From Marsupella aquatica (taxonomy: Eukaryota > Plantae > Marchantiophyta): 64,000 nucleotides of DNA. Under the pieces are notes generated by a model. That model was given only the letters and a program-made list of their open reading frames with translations, did no database searches and was not told the origin of the DNA. The DNA lies in NCBI GenBank assembly GCA_973895155.1, contig OZ316897.1:6337327-6401326 (forward strand), given 5' to 3'. This document shows positions 23,267-34,572 of the stretch, piece after piece; position 1 is the first letter of the stretch, and each line of letters begins with the position of its first letter. A program made the translations under genes and the position numbers.

Positions 23267-23318
23267 TTGCTCGTGCGAGGAAAATTTTTACTCTTTGCTC
23301 GCACATTACAATTACACC
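23267..23318 (-). repeat. Right terminal inverted repeat (with 12-bp insertion)
   Basis: Reverse complement reads GGTGTAATTGTAA[TGTGCGAGCAAA]GAGTAAAAATTTTCCTCGCACGAGCAA. Confidence 0.85.
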
Positions 23319-24069
23319 TGGACCATGACTATGATGACATGACTATGATGTACCAAAAATTGGGGTGTGGGTGGAAAATGACAAGGGGGCAGTGAGGTGA
23401 GTATACACAGTGACTAAAGGTTGAATGCAAATCTGTGAGCTAGATGGATTGAGCTAGATGGATTGAACCGGCAACCGGTCTATATTGACATCCAAACCAA
23501 GAAATTGAGGAGTAGGTGGTGGTGCTAGGGACCTAGGGAATGCATGGGAGGATGCACTTCTTTGTCCTCAACTCTATTCATGGTCAAAGAACTGGATGCA
23601 AATCTATCTCAACAAGGTATTAATTTTGCCAACACTACTCAAATGAAGGGCTAGTTCAATCTAACTAATAAAGCTACTGTTTTGCAGTAACAATACAGTT
23701 AACTCTTTCTAAGTGCACTCTCATGGGAAGATGGCATTTAAACCCTATCCAGCATGCACTTAATCAGGTATTGCATTCCTTGATAAGCACACACCCCCTA
23801 AAACATGCACTTATTAATAAGCGTGGTTGATATAGATTCATTGTTAAATGTGTAATTATCCAGGGTTCACATGGATTTGACACCAAGGTGTGTTGGTCAT
23901 GGCAGATTGAGCACCATCCAGTGAATAAACAGCAATATGGACTCTGAAGCTCCCCATGCACATTGTAAAATACCATAATATACCTAGATCACACAAAGAA
24001 TTCATGTTTAAAATAAAATTTATTACAAAATGACAACATTATGTGTCAATCCTTAGTAAAAAGAAGTGG

Positions 24070-26277
24070 GGGTACACAGTTCCTACGTGGTCCCTGACTA
24101 CACAACTTCTTCAGTGCCGATGGCAGTATGGATTGAGGTGCACCGCGTACCCCTCGACTGAGGAGCTTCCTGCCTGATCTACTTCACCCTCCACTGCCTC
24201 AACATTGCATTTCCCATCAACATAGGTTCCTTTGCCATCTGGACTAAATATCCTGTTCAATTACTTCCACCTATCAAGCTGACCAAAACATTTGTCATCC
24301 AGATCAAGCCAAAAATTGAACCCTCCAACCTGGCAAAGTGTTGTAAGGCAAGCAGTCACCCAATCCCAGGATACACAAGGGATGCTTGAGGATAATCAAA
24401 ATGGACACTTTCAGCAGACACATTGTTTCTCAATGATAGTTGACCACAAAAAGGTCACAATTTGGGTGGTACTGGGGTTCAACTATGTGGCAAGGACTCC
24501 CTCCAAAAGCTTGAATCTGTTGCGCAGAACCGTGTACCATGTCCATCCCATCTTTCCATCAAACATGAAGCATGAAGCATGCACTGACCCCCAAAACCAT
24601 TGAGCTTCCAAAGGTGCTACGAGCGGCACAGGCTGCTCTTATTGTGGCATAGCTAAAAATTGCTTTGGCACTACTCTTTGCTGCGCTCAAACGAGCCTCG
24701 CCCTGTTTGCCTTGTTGCCCTTCAAACAACAATAACAACTGCTAAACCTTCTAAAAGAATACAATGAAGGAAAGTCCATTGCCTTGTAGGTCTTATGGCA
24801 CCAAGGGGAAACCCAGGGCTATCCTTCCCGCCATATGTCACCCTGGTTACTTAAGTGCATAAAACAAAAAAAAAACTTAACAGTTCCAACTCAATCAAAA
24901 ATTATGAATCTAAAACTATGCATGTAACTTGACCGTCATGATCAAAGAAGCTATTGAGACTTGATTGAACAAGGGTCCTCAGGTGCTCCTTTGTGCAAGC
25001 TCTCATCATCTTCCTCTGTCATCTGCTTATCAAACAATTAAGACAGCAAATACCGCTTTTCTTCCTCTTTAATAATTGTTTGTATCATATGACATGGACG
25101 TGGAGGGACGCTATATGGATTAGTTTACTACTAAGGATGAGTAGATTTGTTTCTGCTCCCAAAAATGTATTTTTTGATCAAGTCTACCAACTATACCCGT
25201 ATTCTATACTTTTGATCAAGTCCGGTGGACTGTTATGTTCATGCTCCTACTGGCCGATAGAGTGTTGGCCGGCACCACTCCCACTCACAAGGTTGACCAA
25301 ACCATGCAAGTTTCTCTAAACAATCATTCTAGGGGAAGAACACAATTGGGAAAAAGAGAGACAACACTACACAAAAATGGTGAGAATCAACCGAATCCAT
25401 ATCTTTTGGTGGCCAACACATGGCATGGGCAACCCGGCCTCCTACCGTCTACCCAACTTGTGCCTCATAGGACAATGAGCACCTCTCCACCTCACTACTC
25501 CGGATTGATTCCATATTCTCACTAAATACAAATCTCAAACTGAACACTCAACTAAGTTCCCCCTGCTCCTACCAGGGGATGCCAATTAAATACCCAAAAA
25601 TAACAATGCATGAGCACACAAGCCCTAGGGGTGTGGTGGCAGCCACTACCCTGGCTGGCCACTACCCTGGCTGGCCACCATCCACCCCGCCATCTACTAG
25701 CGGCACTACTAACCTAAAAATTCCTACACATGCACTCCTAACCCTATTGCTACCTATAGGCGGCCAACGGTGCCTTTGTCAACCACCACTACAACTAAGT
25801 GAAACCTAGACTAAGTCCTATTTACTCTATGGTTTGCCTTCCTACTACATGGTTGCCCCGCCTGCCTAAACCCTCACTGCCCTTTTGTACGGATGTGGAC
25901 ACACTTCCCCTCCTCTTTGCTGGAGTGGTCTTCCCAAATGTTTGCCTGACCCAAATTTCCTTGCTTCGATAAAGTGGCTAGGGCCTTCCACGCCTGGATG
26001 TACCCCTGGCTGATGGTATCCTTCCACAGAGTTGTCTCCTCACCTGATTGCAACTCCAATGGCAAAACCTGGCCGGTGGCCGCATGTGTCCCCTGGTTCA
26101 CCAATCTGGGTGGCATTCCTAGTATTTACAGGGCCTCATGGCTAGTCAGTGCATCTCGTAGTGACTTACGGGCCGATCCCCCTCAATTTCTTCTCCAGAC
26201 TCTTGCACTTTTCCTTGTCCAGCCTTCTTGGCTGCCTCCATCACTGGTCCATACTTTTGGGTCACCTCCATGACCAC
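24070..26277 (-). pseudogene. Highly degenerate Ty3/Gypsy internal region
   Basis: Faint protease-, RT-, integrase- and chromodomain-like fragments on the minus strand. A PBS-like TGGTCATGGAG lies next to an LTR-end-like TGTGACGCC at 26278. Confidence 0.45.
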
Positions 26278-26749
26278 TGTGACGCCACCAGCACGGCTGG
26301 TAATCAGTAATATGGCTTAATCCATATTTAGACTTACGTACAATATAGACGTAGGAGTTTGTAGTTATTAGCATAATGACACTAAATTAGTTAGTCATGA
26401 TGATTAGGCCAGTAATGACGGGAGTTCATGCTCAAGCTGGCGGCGCGACACCCGACGTATTTCCAGATTAGGAGCGTGTTATGGCTATCAACATCGGGTC
26501 CGTATAACTGATCTGGAAGTAGCTCTCTGGCATGCTCCAACCCGGACTAGAGGAGTGATTGGTAGGCTTTGGGCTTGATAAATTTTGCCTATCACGAGCA
26601 AGAGGAGCCAATTGTTCAACACACTATGGGGGTATAAAAGGCAAGCTTTCCCTGCCTCCATCTCACTAGTCACTCCTCGTGCCAGCTTTGAGCTTGCCTC
26701 CTCCTCTCCGCCCTTAGCAATTCAGCCGGTCTGTTGATAATCCACCACA

Positions 26750-28877
26750 TGTCTGTCACTATTATGTCCAGTTTTGCTATCCAGTTTTGGTATTAATTCC
26801 TCTCCATTGCTAATCATCTTGCAGCCTCACTTTCTCAGCACAACCTGCAAAATTACAAAGCTGAAAAATATCACAAACGGTTTATTCATTTAAATGGGCA
26901 TTCTCATTACAACAACGACCTCAACCTTCCATTTGAGAGCAAGTACTGTAGAGATGCAAAGATTTCCGAGTTCTTCTTTGAGGGAACCAAGTACCTCAGT
27001 TTTGGAGAAGCACTCCTCCAACTCTCGGATAAGGTTTTCAAGATCCCTAGCACAGTAGACTTACAACAACACCACTTTGATGATGTAACCGTCAGGGTTC
27101 AGACACACTTGTACTGTTGGTTTGAGCTAGTGCATCTAGAACTCTAACTTCCATGGCACCTCCTCCAGCGGCACCACAACCAACCTTCTAAAGCACGGCC
27201 AGGCTCAAACGCCACTTGGGCCCCCTCAAGCCGCTCCCCACCACCGGTTGCACCGCCCGCTCAGGTGAAATCTGTGGTAAATGCGGTCAACCTGAGCTCA
27301 GAGGATGAGGAGGTTGTCCCCCTTGTCCGCAACCCACCTTCTACCCAACAACACGCGACGGGTACCACGCCACCTCCCCAACAAGCACAAACCCGAGAGA
27401 CAGCCTTGATTGACACTACAATCATGGTTGCAGCCCCATCGCCCATATTGATGGCGGTAGAAATACCGTCACCACCATGCATTAAATGGGGGAGAATGTC
27501 CACAAAAACATTCTCCACCCAAAACATACATGTCACTTGAAGACCCAAGGGTTTGAGCACCTCTTCGCTTTTCCTTGGAACAATTGCAGGTACTATGGAT
27601 AGGACATGACGCAATTTATCCAAAACTTTGACGAGGCCAGCCAAAAAACCTGTGCACAAGGACGACTGATGTCCTTAAACAAAGCACGACTCAAGCTCAT
27701 CTTTGGCCTACCCGAAGGAAAGGATCGGATAGAGTCACAGGCACCAGGGGGCAAAGGAGCCAAGTACCATTCGTCTAGCTTCACACCCAATGGGTCAGTA
27801 GACAATGGCTTCCTTATGTGGACATGTATCATCCCGCAGGTAGTAGAGCGACTAGAGTTCCAACAGTATGCGCTCCACATGATGGAACCACGGGAGAGAT
27901 CCGCTGCCCAGGTAATTCAGGTAGATAATTACCGGCCTAGGAAGTGGGCTTCGTTCTTCGTCAAGAAATTCCACAAAGACATGGAGCGACAAAGAAAGAC
28001 TCTATTTCTTGGGGGAAAGGTGTACTTAGCCAGCCACATAGAAATCATTATGGAGTGGTACGCCTGTTTTGATCGTCGGATGCTTCCCTGGTGCAATGAG
28101 CCCAAGCTCATCTAGTGCAAGTGGGTCTTCCCAGCCCAGGAGAGGTGGGCCCAACCCGAGGCCCAAGACCTAGTACTCATGGCCCCCATCCTCCCTTCGA
28201 CCCCAAAGCCAACTACTAGGGCTTCCTCTTCCTTGCCAGAGACAACAGTTATTGCGGCCTTGGAAGCTCAAAACCAAGTTCGGGCAACCACTTTGAACAG
28301 CCCCATGATAGCTGACCCCGAGCCAAAAGCCCTCGCAGCAGAGGATCCCGCATCCCCCGCACCAGTCCAACAGATCTCCTCCCCTCATTGGACCTACCTC
28401 ACCCTGTCCATGTCACCCCAAAACTGGACTTGTCTACCCCTAACCCCAACCAAATAAAGGTAGGTCCTTGCCCAAACCCTAGCGGGCATAGCTTGGTGAA
28501 CCCAAAATTCTTTGGTCCGGGTACGTATTTGAATGGGTTGCTTAGCAACTTCTCCTTGGAAGTTGGTCAAGATATGGGGGAGTTTATGGCCCACAAGGTG
28601 GCTTACTTCTTTAGCCAAGCATTGGTTGCAGCAAAATGGCAGGGCATGCCCAGTTTGAAGTCATGAAGAGAATAGAGCAGTATCGGGGAGAGGCAGCCCA
28701 ACTATTAAACAAAGCCTCAGCCCAAGAAACTAAGCTATCACTTCTTTGGCCCCAGCTTGCAACCGCCCTGGCCCAGATCGCCGACGCTGAAGCCAAGGCA
28801 GACTTGGCCGCACAAGCTGGAGCCAGAAAGGATGCAGAGATCGCACAACTTTGGACATAGATTGATAGCTTGAAGGG
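26750..28877 (+). pseudogene. Retrotransposon accessory ORF, copy 1 (frameshifted, truncated at 28877)
   Basis: Fragments LMSLNKARLKLIFGLPEG...KWASFFVKKFHKDM and a coiled-coil tail. TATA-like TATAAAAG at ~26633. Clearly homologous to 29883-31960. Confidence 0.6.
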
Positions 28878-29500
28878 TGTCACGCCATAAGCTTTGTCCT
28901 TGCACGGATTTTGGCTTAGACGGGCATAATCTTTATTAGTTTTGAGGGTTCAGGCAAGGAGGGATGAGCGAACTGAACCTTATTCCCGTAATCTAGCGCT
29001 AAGTGCGCCTATTCCTTTGTATAGAAATATCATGGGTATGGTTTGTGTTCCGCCTCCAGAACATACCTTAAGTCGATAGCTAGATCGACCCCGGCTTAAG
29101 GGCTTCTAAGCCTTTGTACTATTCGCCTCCAATCCGGATCAGATAATACGGGTATCCAACCCGGGCTCGCAACCACTATCCGCAGCCTACACCCCGTGCA
29201 CGGCTTGGATGATGCGTTCGGCCAAGCATTCTCTACCCATATACAAGATTCATACATGCAACTGAAATCACGCACATACAATCTCGGTTTACATGAAGGA
29301 AATGGTGGGAACATACTTTACTTCAGAATCCGTCTTACACATATACACGATTGACTCGAAATCTCTTGAGTAAACAGGCCCAACGGCAGAGCGGCGTACA
29401 CTACAACGGAGCCCGGCTCTGCACTCGCCCAACGACCTTAGTCCTACCCTCCATCCTTGGTATCTTTTACTCACAAAGGCCGGGACTCCCCGCACATCCT
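28878..29500. mobile_element. LTR-like segment beginning TGTCACGCC
   Basis: Starts abruptly inside copy 1 of the accessory ORF and resembles the TGTGACGCC end at 26278. Right boundary uncertain. Confidence 0.4.
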
Positions 29501-29882
29501 ACGGATACCCGATTCTGAAACTAAAATCCCCTTGCCTCTATCGGGGGGTGCACTAAATACTAAGAGTTGGGGTCCGGACCGACCACGTGCTTGAATCTAA
29601 GCTATCCCAGATTCTAAACTCTGCTAATGGTCAGGCCGTAAAATGACGTGTCTTATTCTAAGATTCTAACTACAAAGGTTGGATAGGACAGCGCTGCTAA
29701 CTAGTTTTGGCGCTTGTCCTTATCGCCTAACTATCCTATTCCTAACTCTATCCTAAACCTATCCCACTGCTAATGTCTGGCACGCTTGCTAGATCCGCCA
29801 GAGTTGGACTTGGAGCGGCCATCCCGCTGCCTTTGGCGTCCTGCTTGAGGAGCTGGACCTAGTCTAGTAGAGATTCGTTCTC

Positions 29883-31960
29883 TCACTTTGCCGCATCCGT
29901 CTCCTCTGTGGCTTCCTGGCATGCCTCTTCCAGTTGCTGGACGTTGCTCGTCAGCTTGTCCACCAACTGGGCCTGCTTCATGGCTTCTCCTCGAAGCCGT
30001 GCCACTTCCGCCTTTAGGAAGTCTATCTCGGTTGTGTCCCGCTGGGCCCGAGCGTCGGCCTCCTCCACATCCTTTTGCCAGATGACGGCTTGTCCCTTCA
30101 AACCGTCAATCTGGGTTTGGAGCCGTGCGATCTCGGCGTCCTTCCCGGCTCCGGCCTGCTCTACCAAGGCTGATCGGACCCTAGCTTCGGCCACCTGATC
30201 TTCAATGGCCACTACCTGAGGCCACAACAGTTGGAGTTTGGTCTCCTGGGCTGCAACTTCATCTTTCAGGTGGGCAGACTCAATCCGATACCGCTCTATT
30301 CTCTACATAGCCTCGGCTTGCGCATGTCCTACCCGCACGGCTGCAACCAATTCCTGGTTGACGAAGTAGGCCACCTTCCTTGCCATGTACTCTCCGGTAT
30401 CCCGTGCAATTTGTTGAGAGAAGTCTCCCAACAACCCATTCAAAAACGTGCCCGGTGCAAAGAGTTCCAGGCTTTCCAGACTATGCCCCTCTGGGTTTGG
30501 GCAAGGACAGACCTCAGCTTGCGCGGGAGTTGGAGTGGTGACATCCAGCCCTTGAAGTATGGTGATAGAGGGGGCTGGGTTTGCTTGGGCTGGGCGGTTC
30601 TCCTGAACAGTCGTGGAGGTTGGCGGGACGTCCTCTGCAACTGCAGTCTCGGGCTTGGGTCCGGCCTCTGCCAGCCCGGCTTCAATCGCGCTGACTTGGT
30701 TGATCGCGTCTAGGGTCGCGATAACTGCATTGTCTGGTACATTCGGAGGGGCGGCAGCGGCTGATTGCGGGGCCGGGGTAGTAGGTCTCACGGCCGCCAG
30801 ACTTTGGGCCTTGGGCTGAGGTCGCCTCTCCTGGGCCGGGAATACCCATCGCGATGGGGTCAGCTCAGGCTCGTTGATCAAAACGGGTGTACGACTCAAT
30901 GATTATTTTGATGTGGCTAGCAAAGTATGCCTTCCCGCCGAGGTACAAAGTCTTCCTTCTCCGCTCCATCTCCTCGTGGAACTTCTTGGCAAAGAAGGAC
31001 GTCCACTTCCTAGGCCGGTAGTTCTTGACCTGGATGACCTGGGCGGCGTATATTTTTCCCCTCAGTTCCATCATGTGGAGGGCGTACCGCTGGAACTCCA
31101 GCCGTTCTGCTACCTTCAGGATGAGGCATGTCATCAAGAATCCGTTGTCCACTGCTCCCTTGGCCCCGGGAGCCCGTGATTCCACCCGATTTATTCCTTT
31201 GGGTAGGCCGAAGATCATCTTAAGACGTGCCTCATTGAGGGACATCACTCTCCCGTGCGCTCGGGTTTGTTGGCGGGCTTCGCAAAGTTCGGGATGAACT
31301 CCGTCATGTCCTGCCCGTAGTACCTGCTTCCATTCCAAGGGAGAGAGGCGAGGTGCTCAAACCCTTGGGTCTTCAGGTAGCATGCATGATTGGGGTGGAG
31401 GATGTTCTTGTGGACATTCTCCTTCATGCGATGCATGATCAGCTTGGCCACCGCAACCGTGGCCAAAGGCAGCCCGGATACGGCTGCAGGTTCCTTTCTC
31501 TTCCTACCCTGAGACTGGTTCTCGGGGTGACTTGAAGAGGGGGACATCTCCCCATCCTCTCTATCGGGCGGCGGCAGCGCTACCGCCATAAGCACTAGTG
31601 CTGGGGATGCTACTGTCACCGTGTCATCCACCCGGGCTTGTGTGAGTGGTGCTGGGTTGCCCGGCGTATGCTGATTTGCACCTCGAGGTCACCGGTTCAG
31701 GGGAGAGTGAGCTTCCTCGTCTTCGGAACTGATGTTCACCGCGTTTACCATGGATTGCACCCGGAGGGGTGGTGCGACCGGTGGTGGAGATCGGCTTGGC
31801 TGAGGCCGAGGTGGTGTTGGTGCGGGCACCGATGAGTTGGCGACAGTTGTAGCTGGAAGAGGCGCCATATGATTCAGCAAGTCTGAGGGGAAGCCGAGTG
31901 AGGTTAAAATAGATGTCTCGCCCGTAGCTGCGGTACCAAACGGGTTTGTTGAACACCACC
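29883..31960 (-). pseudogene. Retrotransposon accessory ORF, copy 2 (inverted relative to copy 1)
   Basis: VMSLNEARLKMIFGLPKG...KWTSFFAKKFHEEM, CPNPEGHSL...PGTFLNGLL and a coiled coil (DAEIARLQTQIDGLKG). Several frameshifts and stops. Confidence 0.6.
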
Positions 31961-32220
31961 ACAACAATTTTACTTTGCCTTGACATATTGTTTTGACATC
32001 TTCTTTCCATGATGTTGTGTCAAGGTGTCATTAAGAGGTGCCTTAATGATATCTTGGGCAACATCACATATTTGTTTTTAACTGTATCTTGGGTGACACA
32101 ATATCATTTTTTTCTTAACAATATTTTGGGTGACACTACATTTGTTTTTAACAATATCTTGGAAAACCTACATCTTATCTTGGACAACATAAAGTATTTT
32201 TTCTTCAGTATATCTTTTGT

Positions 32221-32382
32221 GCAATGCATGGATATTGAGCTAGTATGTAAATAATCGAGAGCATAGTAATTAAAAGTGTGCAGAAGGAGATGACTCCAGG
32301 CGCAATGCATGGATAATATTGAGCTAGTATATAAATGACGAGCATAGTAATTAAAAGTGTGCAGAAGGAGATGACTCGAGGC
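32221..32382 (+). repeat. ~81-bp tandem duplication upstream of the FHA-PBZ gene
   Basis: GCAATGCATGGAT...GAGCATAGTAATTAAAAGTGTGCAGAAGGAGATGACTC occurs twice (32221-32301, 32302-32382). Confidence 0.85.
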
Positions 32383-32532
32383 ACAGTGCACGAGATTCCG
32401 CCATTGCTTGAGATTCTGCCAGTGCTTACATCTGCTCTCGAAGATAGTTTGTTTTCTCTGCTGTTATCGTCCTGTACTTGACTAGTCATTCTCAATGGAA
32501 ACACAGATTGGATTAATTGATGGCCCTTAGGA

Positions 32533-34572
32533 ATGGAGCTTGTGCGGGAGGACGGAGGCGTGATCGAGCTAAGGGAGGGGGAAAGACATGAACTGGGCAG
32601 GGGCTCTGCTGGGTTTGTTGATGTCAAAAGCCTGGACAAAAGTGTTTCCCGACTTCATGTAATTGTGGAACTATTGAGACCTGCGTCCAGAAAAGGGAAA
32701 GAGGTTGTTGGCAAATCCACTGCCCTGAAACTTCATGTGCAGGTAGTGGGCAGGAACCCCATCTGTATCATTACTAGTCAAGAAGGAGCAGAGGACAGGA
32801 AGTCGTCCCGTGCTAAATTCGTTGGAAAGGGTGAGATTGATTGGCTGTCTCCAGGTGATAAATTTGCCCTCTCCATCAGGCGGCCTTTGTTTTTTGTAGT
32901 GGGGGAATGCTTTCCCGGAAGCTTGGTGGGTGATAAATTGACAATTGATTCTCAAAGGGGAGGGAGAACGACTAAACCTGTTGAGAACAATTTAATTGGC
33001 GTGTTAGAGAAGAATGTCAAAGAGTTGGAATCAAATTCGCTGGACGAGGAAGAAGGAATTGCTAGGGCTGTGGCCAGACGTCAACGTAGGAAGTTGGAGA
33101 GAGAAGCGCGGCAACAGAGAACGCATCTGAGTGAACAACGACACTCATGGGACGGCGGGGGGCTAGAAGAAGATTCTGACCAAGTCAAACCGGATCTAGA
33201 AAGCCTTGAAAATGAAGAATCTATTGTGCCTCACCAACCAAACCATGAAGTGTATCCGGTTGATCCTATTTCAGGTATGTCTCGTCTTCTTCTAGAATGG
33301 AGAGGGTACACAGACACTGCATGATGAATTATCAATACACAAGTGTCGATGGATCATGTAGCCTCAAAGGATTGTGAAGAGCGATTTCTATCTGATGATA
33401 AGGATTTGATAGGACAAGAGCTCCAAGAGCTCCAATGAGAACGATGGATGATGATGGAAATGAGATTCCTGGAACCTGCCCTCTATCTCTTACAGTACGG
33501 CATATTTGATATTGTCCGCTGCGATGTGACCTTATGAATGAAAGAATCCACTGTCCCGCAGCTATAAGCCGGTAAGGTGATTATGAGACGATTAAACCAA
33601 TGGAATATGTAAACCAGGAAAGCTCAGTAGTAACTCTAATTCTGACCATCATACACAATTTGTTCAACCTTCATGCAGAATTTGGCTTCGTTGTTAAAGG
33701 ATTAGAGTTTCAGGCTTATGAGAAGCGGAGCAAGACTGGGAACGGGCTTGCATGGAACTGGAAAATTGATAAGAACGAAGAAACTGGAGATGATAGTTTT
33801 GATGCCAATGTTTTAGATACGGAAAGTAAGATGAACACTGGAAACCTGGTGAAGAACGCAAGGTTAGAACAACAAGACGAGGAATGGGCAGGTGACACGA
33901 AGGAGGAGAAGCAAGTTTTCACGGCCATAGGACCAAATGCTAAAAACAAGGTCTCGACAAGATCAAGCAGATCAAACATCTCAGACCAGAATCGGAAACA
34001 TCGACAAACTCTCAATGCACCACTTTCAAATCGTTCTGGAAGGCTATCGACGGATGATGCAGACTTGAGTGGGTTTATAGTTGGGGATCATGATCCGATA
34101 GAGGAAGATGACAAGGCTGAGGGGGAGAATCAGTGGATGGATGCCGATGAAGTAGTTGCTCATCAACCAGAAAATAGACCTACCAAGGAGGAAAAACAGA
34201 AGCCGGCGTGCAAATATGGCAGCAAGTGCTACAGGTATGGTATCTCACCTCTTGTACAGACTTGAGCATTTCATAGAATCAGCATTCATGCTTCTTAATG
34301 AAGGAATTAGAGGACATCATTTTACTTTTGGACCATTTCGCTAAAGCCCGTATACTTTCATTTGGCATCATCCACACAAATTCGATCGGAATCTAAAAAA
34401 TTAACTCCATCCTAATGCAAGCCATCCTAAGATTTTTCTCAGTTAATTGACTGGATTCTAGATGTGAATAAATCGTAGCCGCTCTGATTGCATGATCATG
34501 ACTAACATTCTCCATTGCAATTCCAGGAAGAATAAGGAGCACCTAGCACAATTCTCTCATCTACAAAGATGA
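32533..34572 (+). CDS. FHA-domain + PBZ zinc-finger protein (APLF-like); exons 32533-33274, 33679-34234, 34527-34572
   Basis: N-terminal FHA (ELGRG...DKSVSRLH...VGRNP), acidic middle. A spliced C-terminal CKYGSKCYRKNKEHLAQFSH matches the PBZ consensus. Confidence 0.8.

Larger units (their letters stand above)
11911..23318. mobile_element. Mutator-like (MULE) DNA transposon, ~11.4 kb, carrying a ParB-methyltransferase cargo gene
   Basis: Imperfect ~40-bp TIRs, a DDE transposase gene, a divergent accessory gene, and an element-restricted palindromic motif spread from end to end. No TSD recognisable. Confidence 0.85.

Noticed and set aside
11911-23318. Prokaryotic contaminant, plasmid or prophage explanation for ParB + MTase
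   Set aside because: Both large genes have canonical spliceosomal introns, and the unit is TIR-bounded and contiguous with plant genes.
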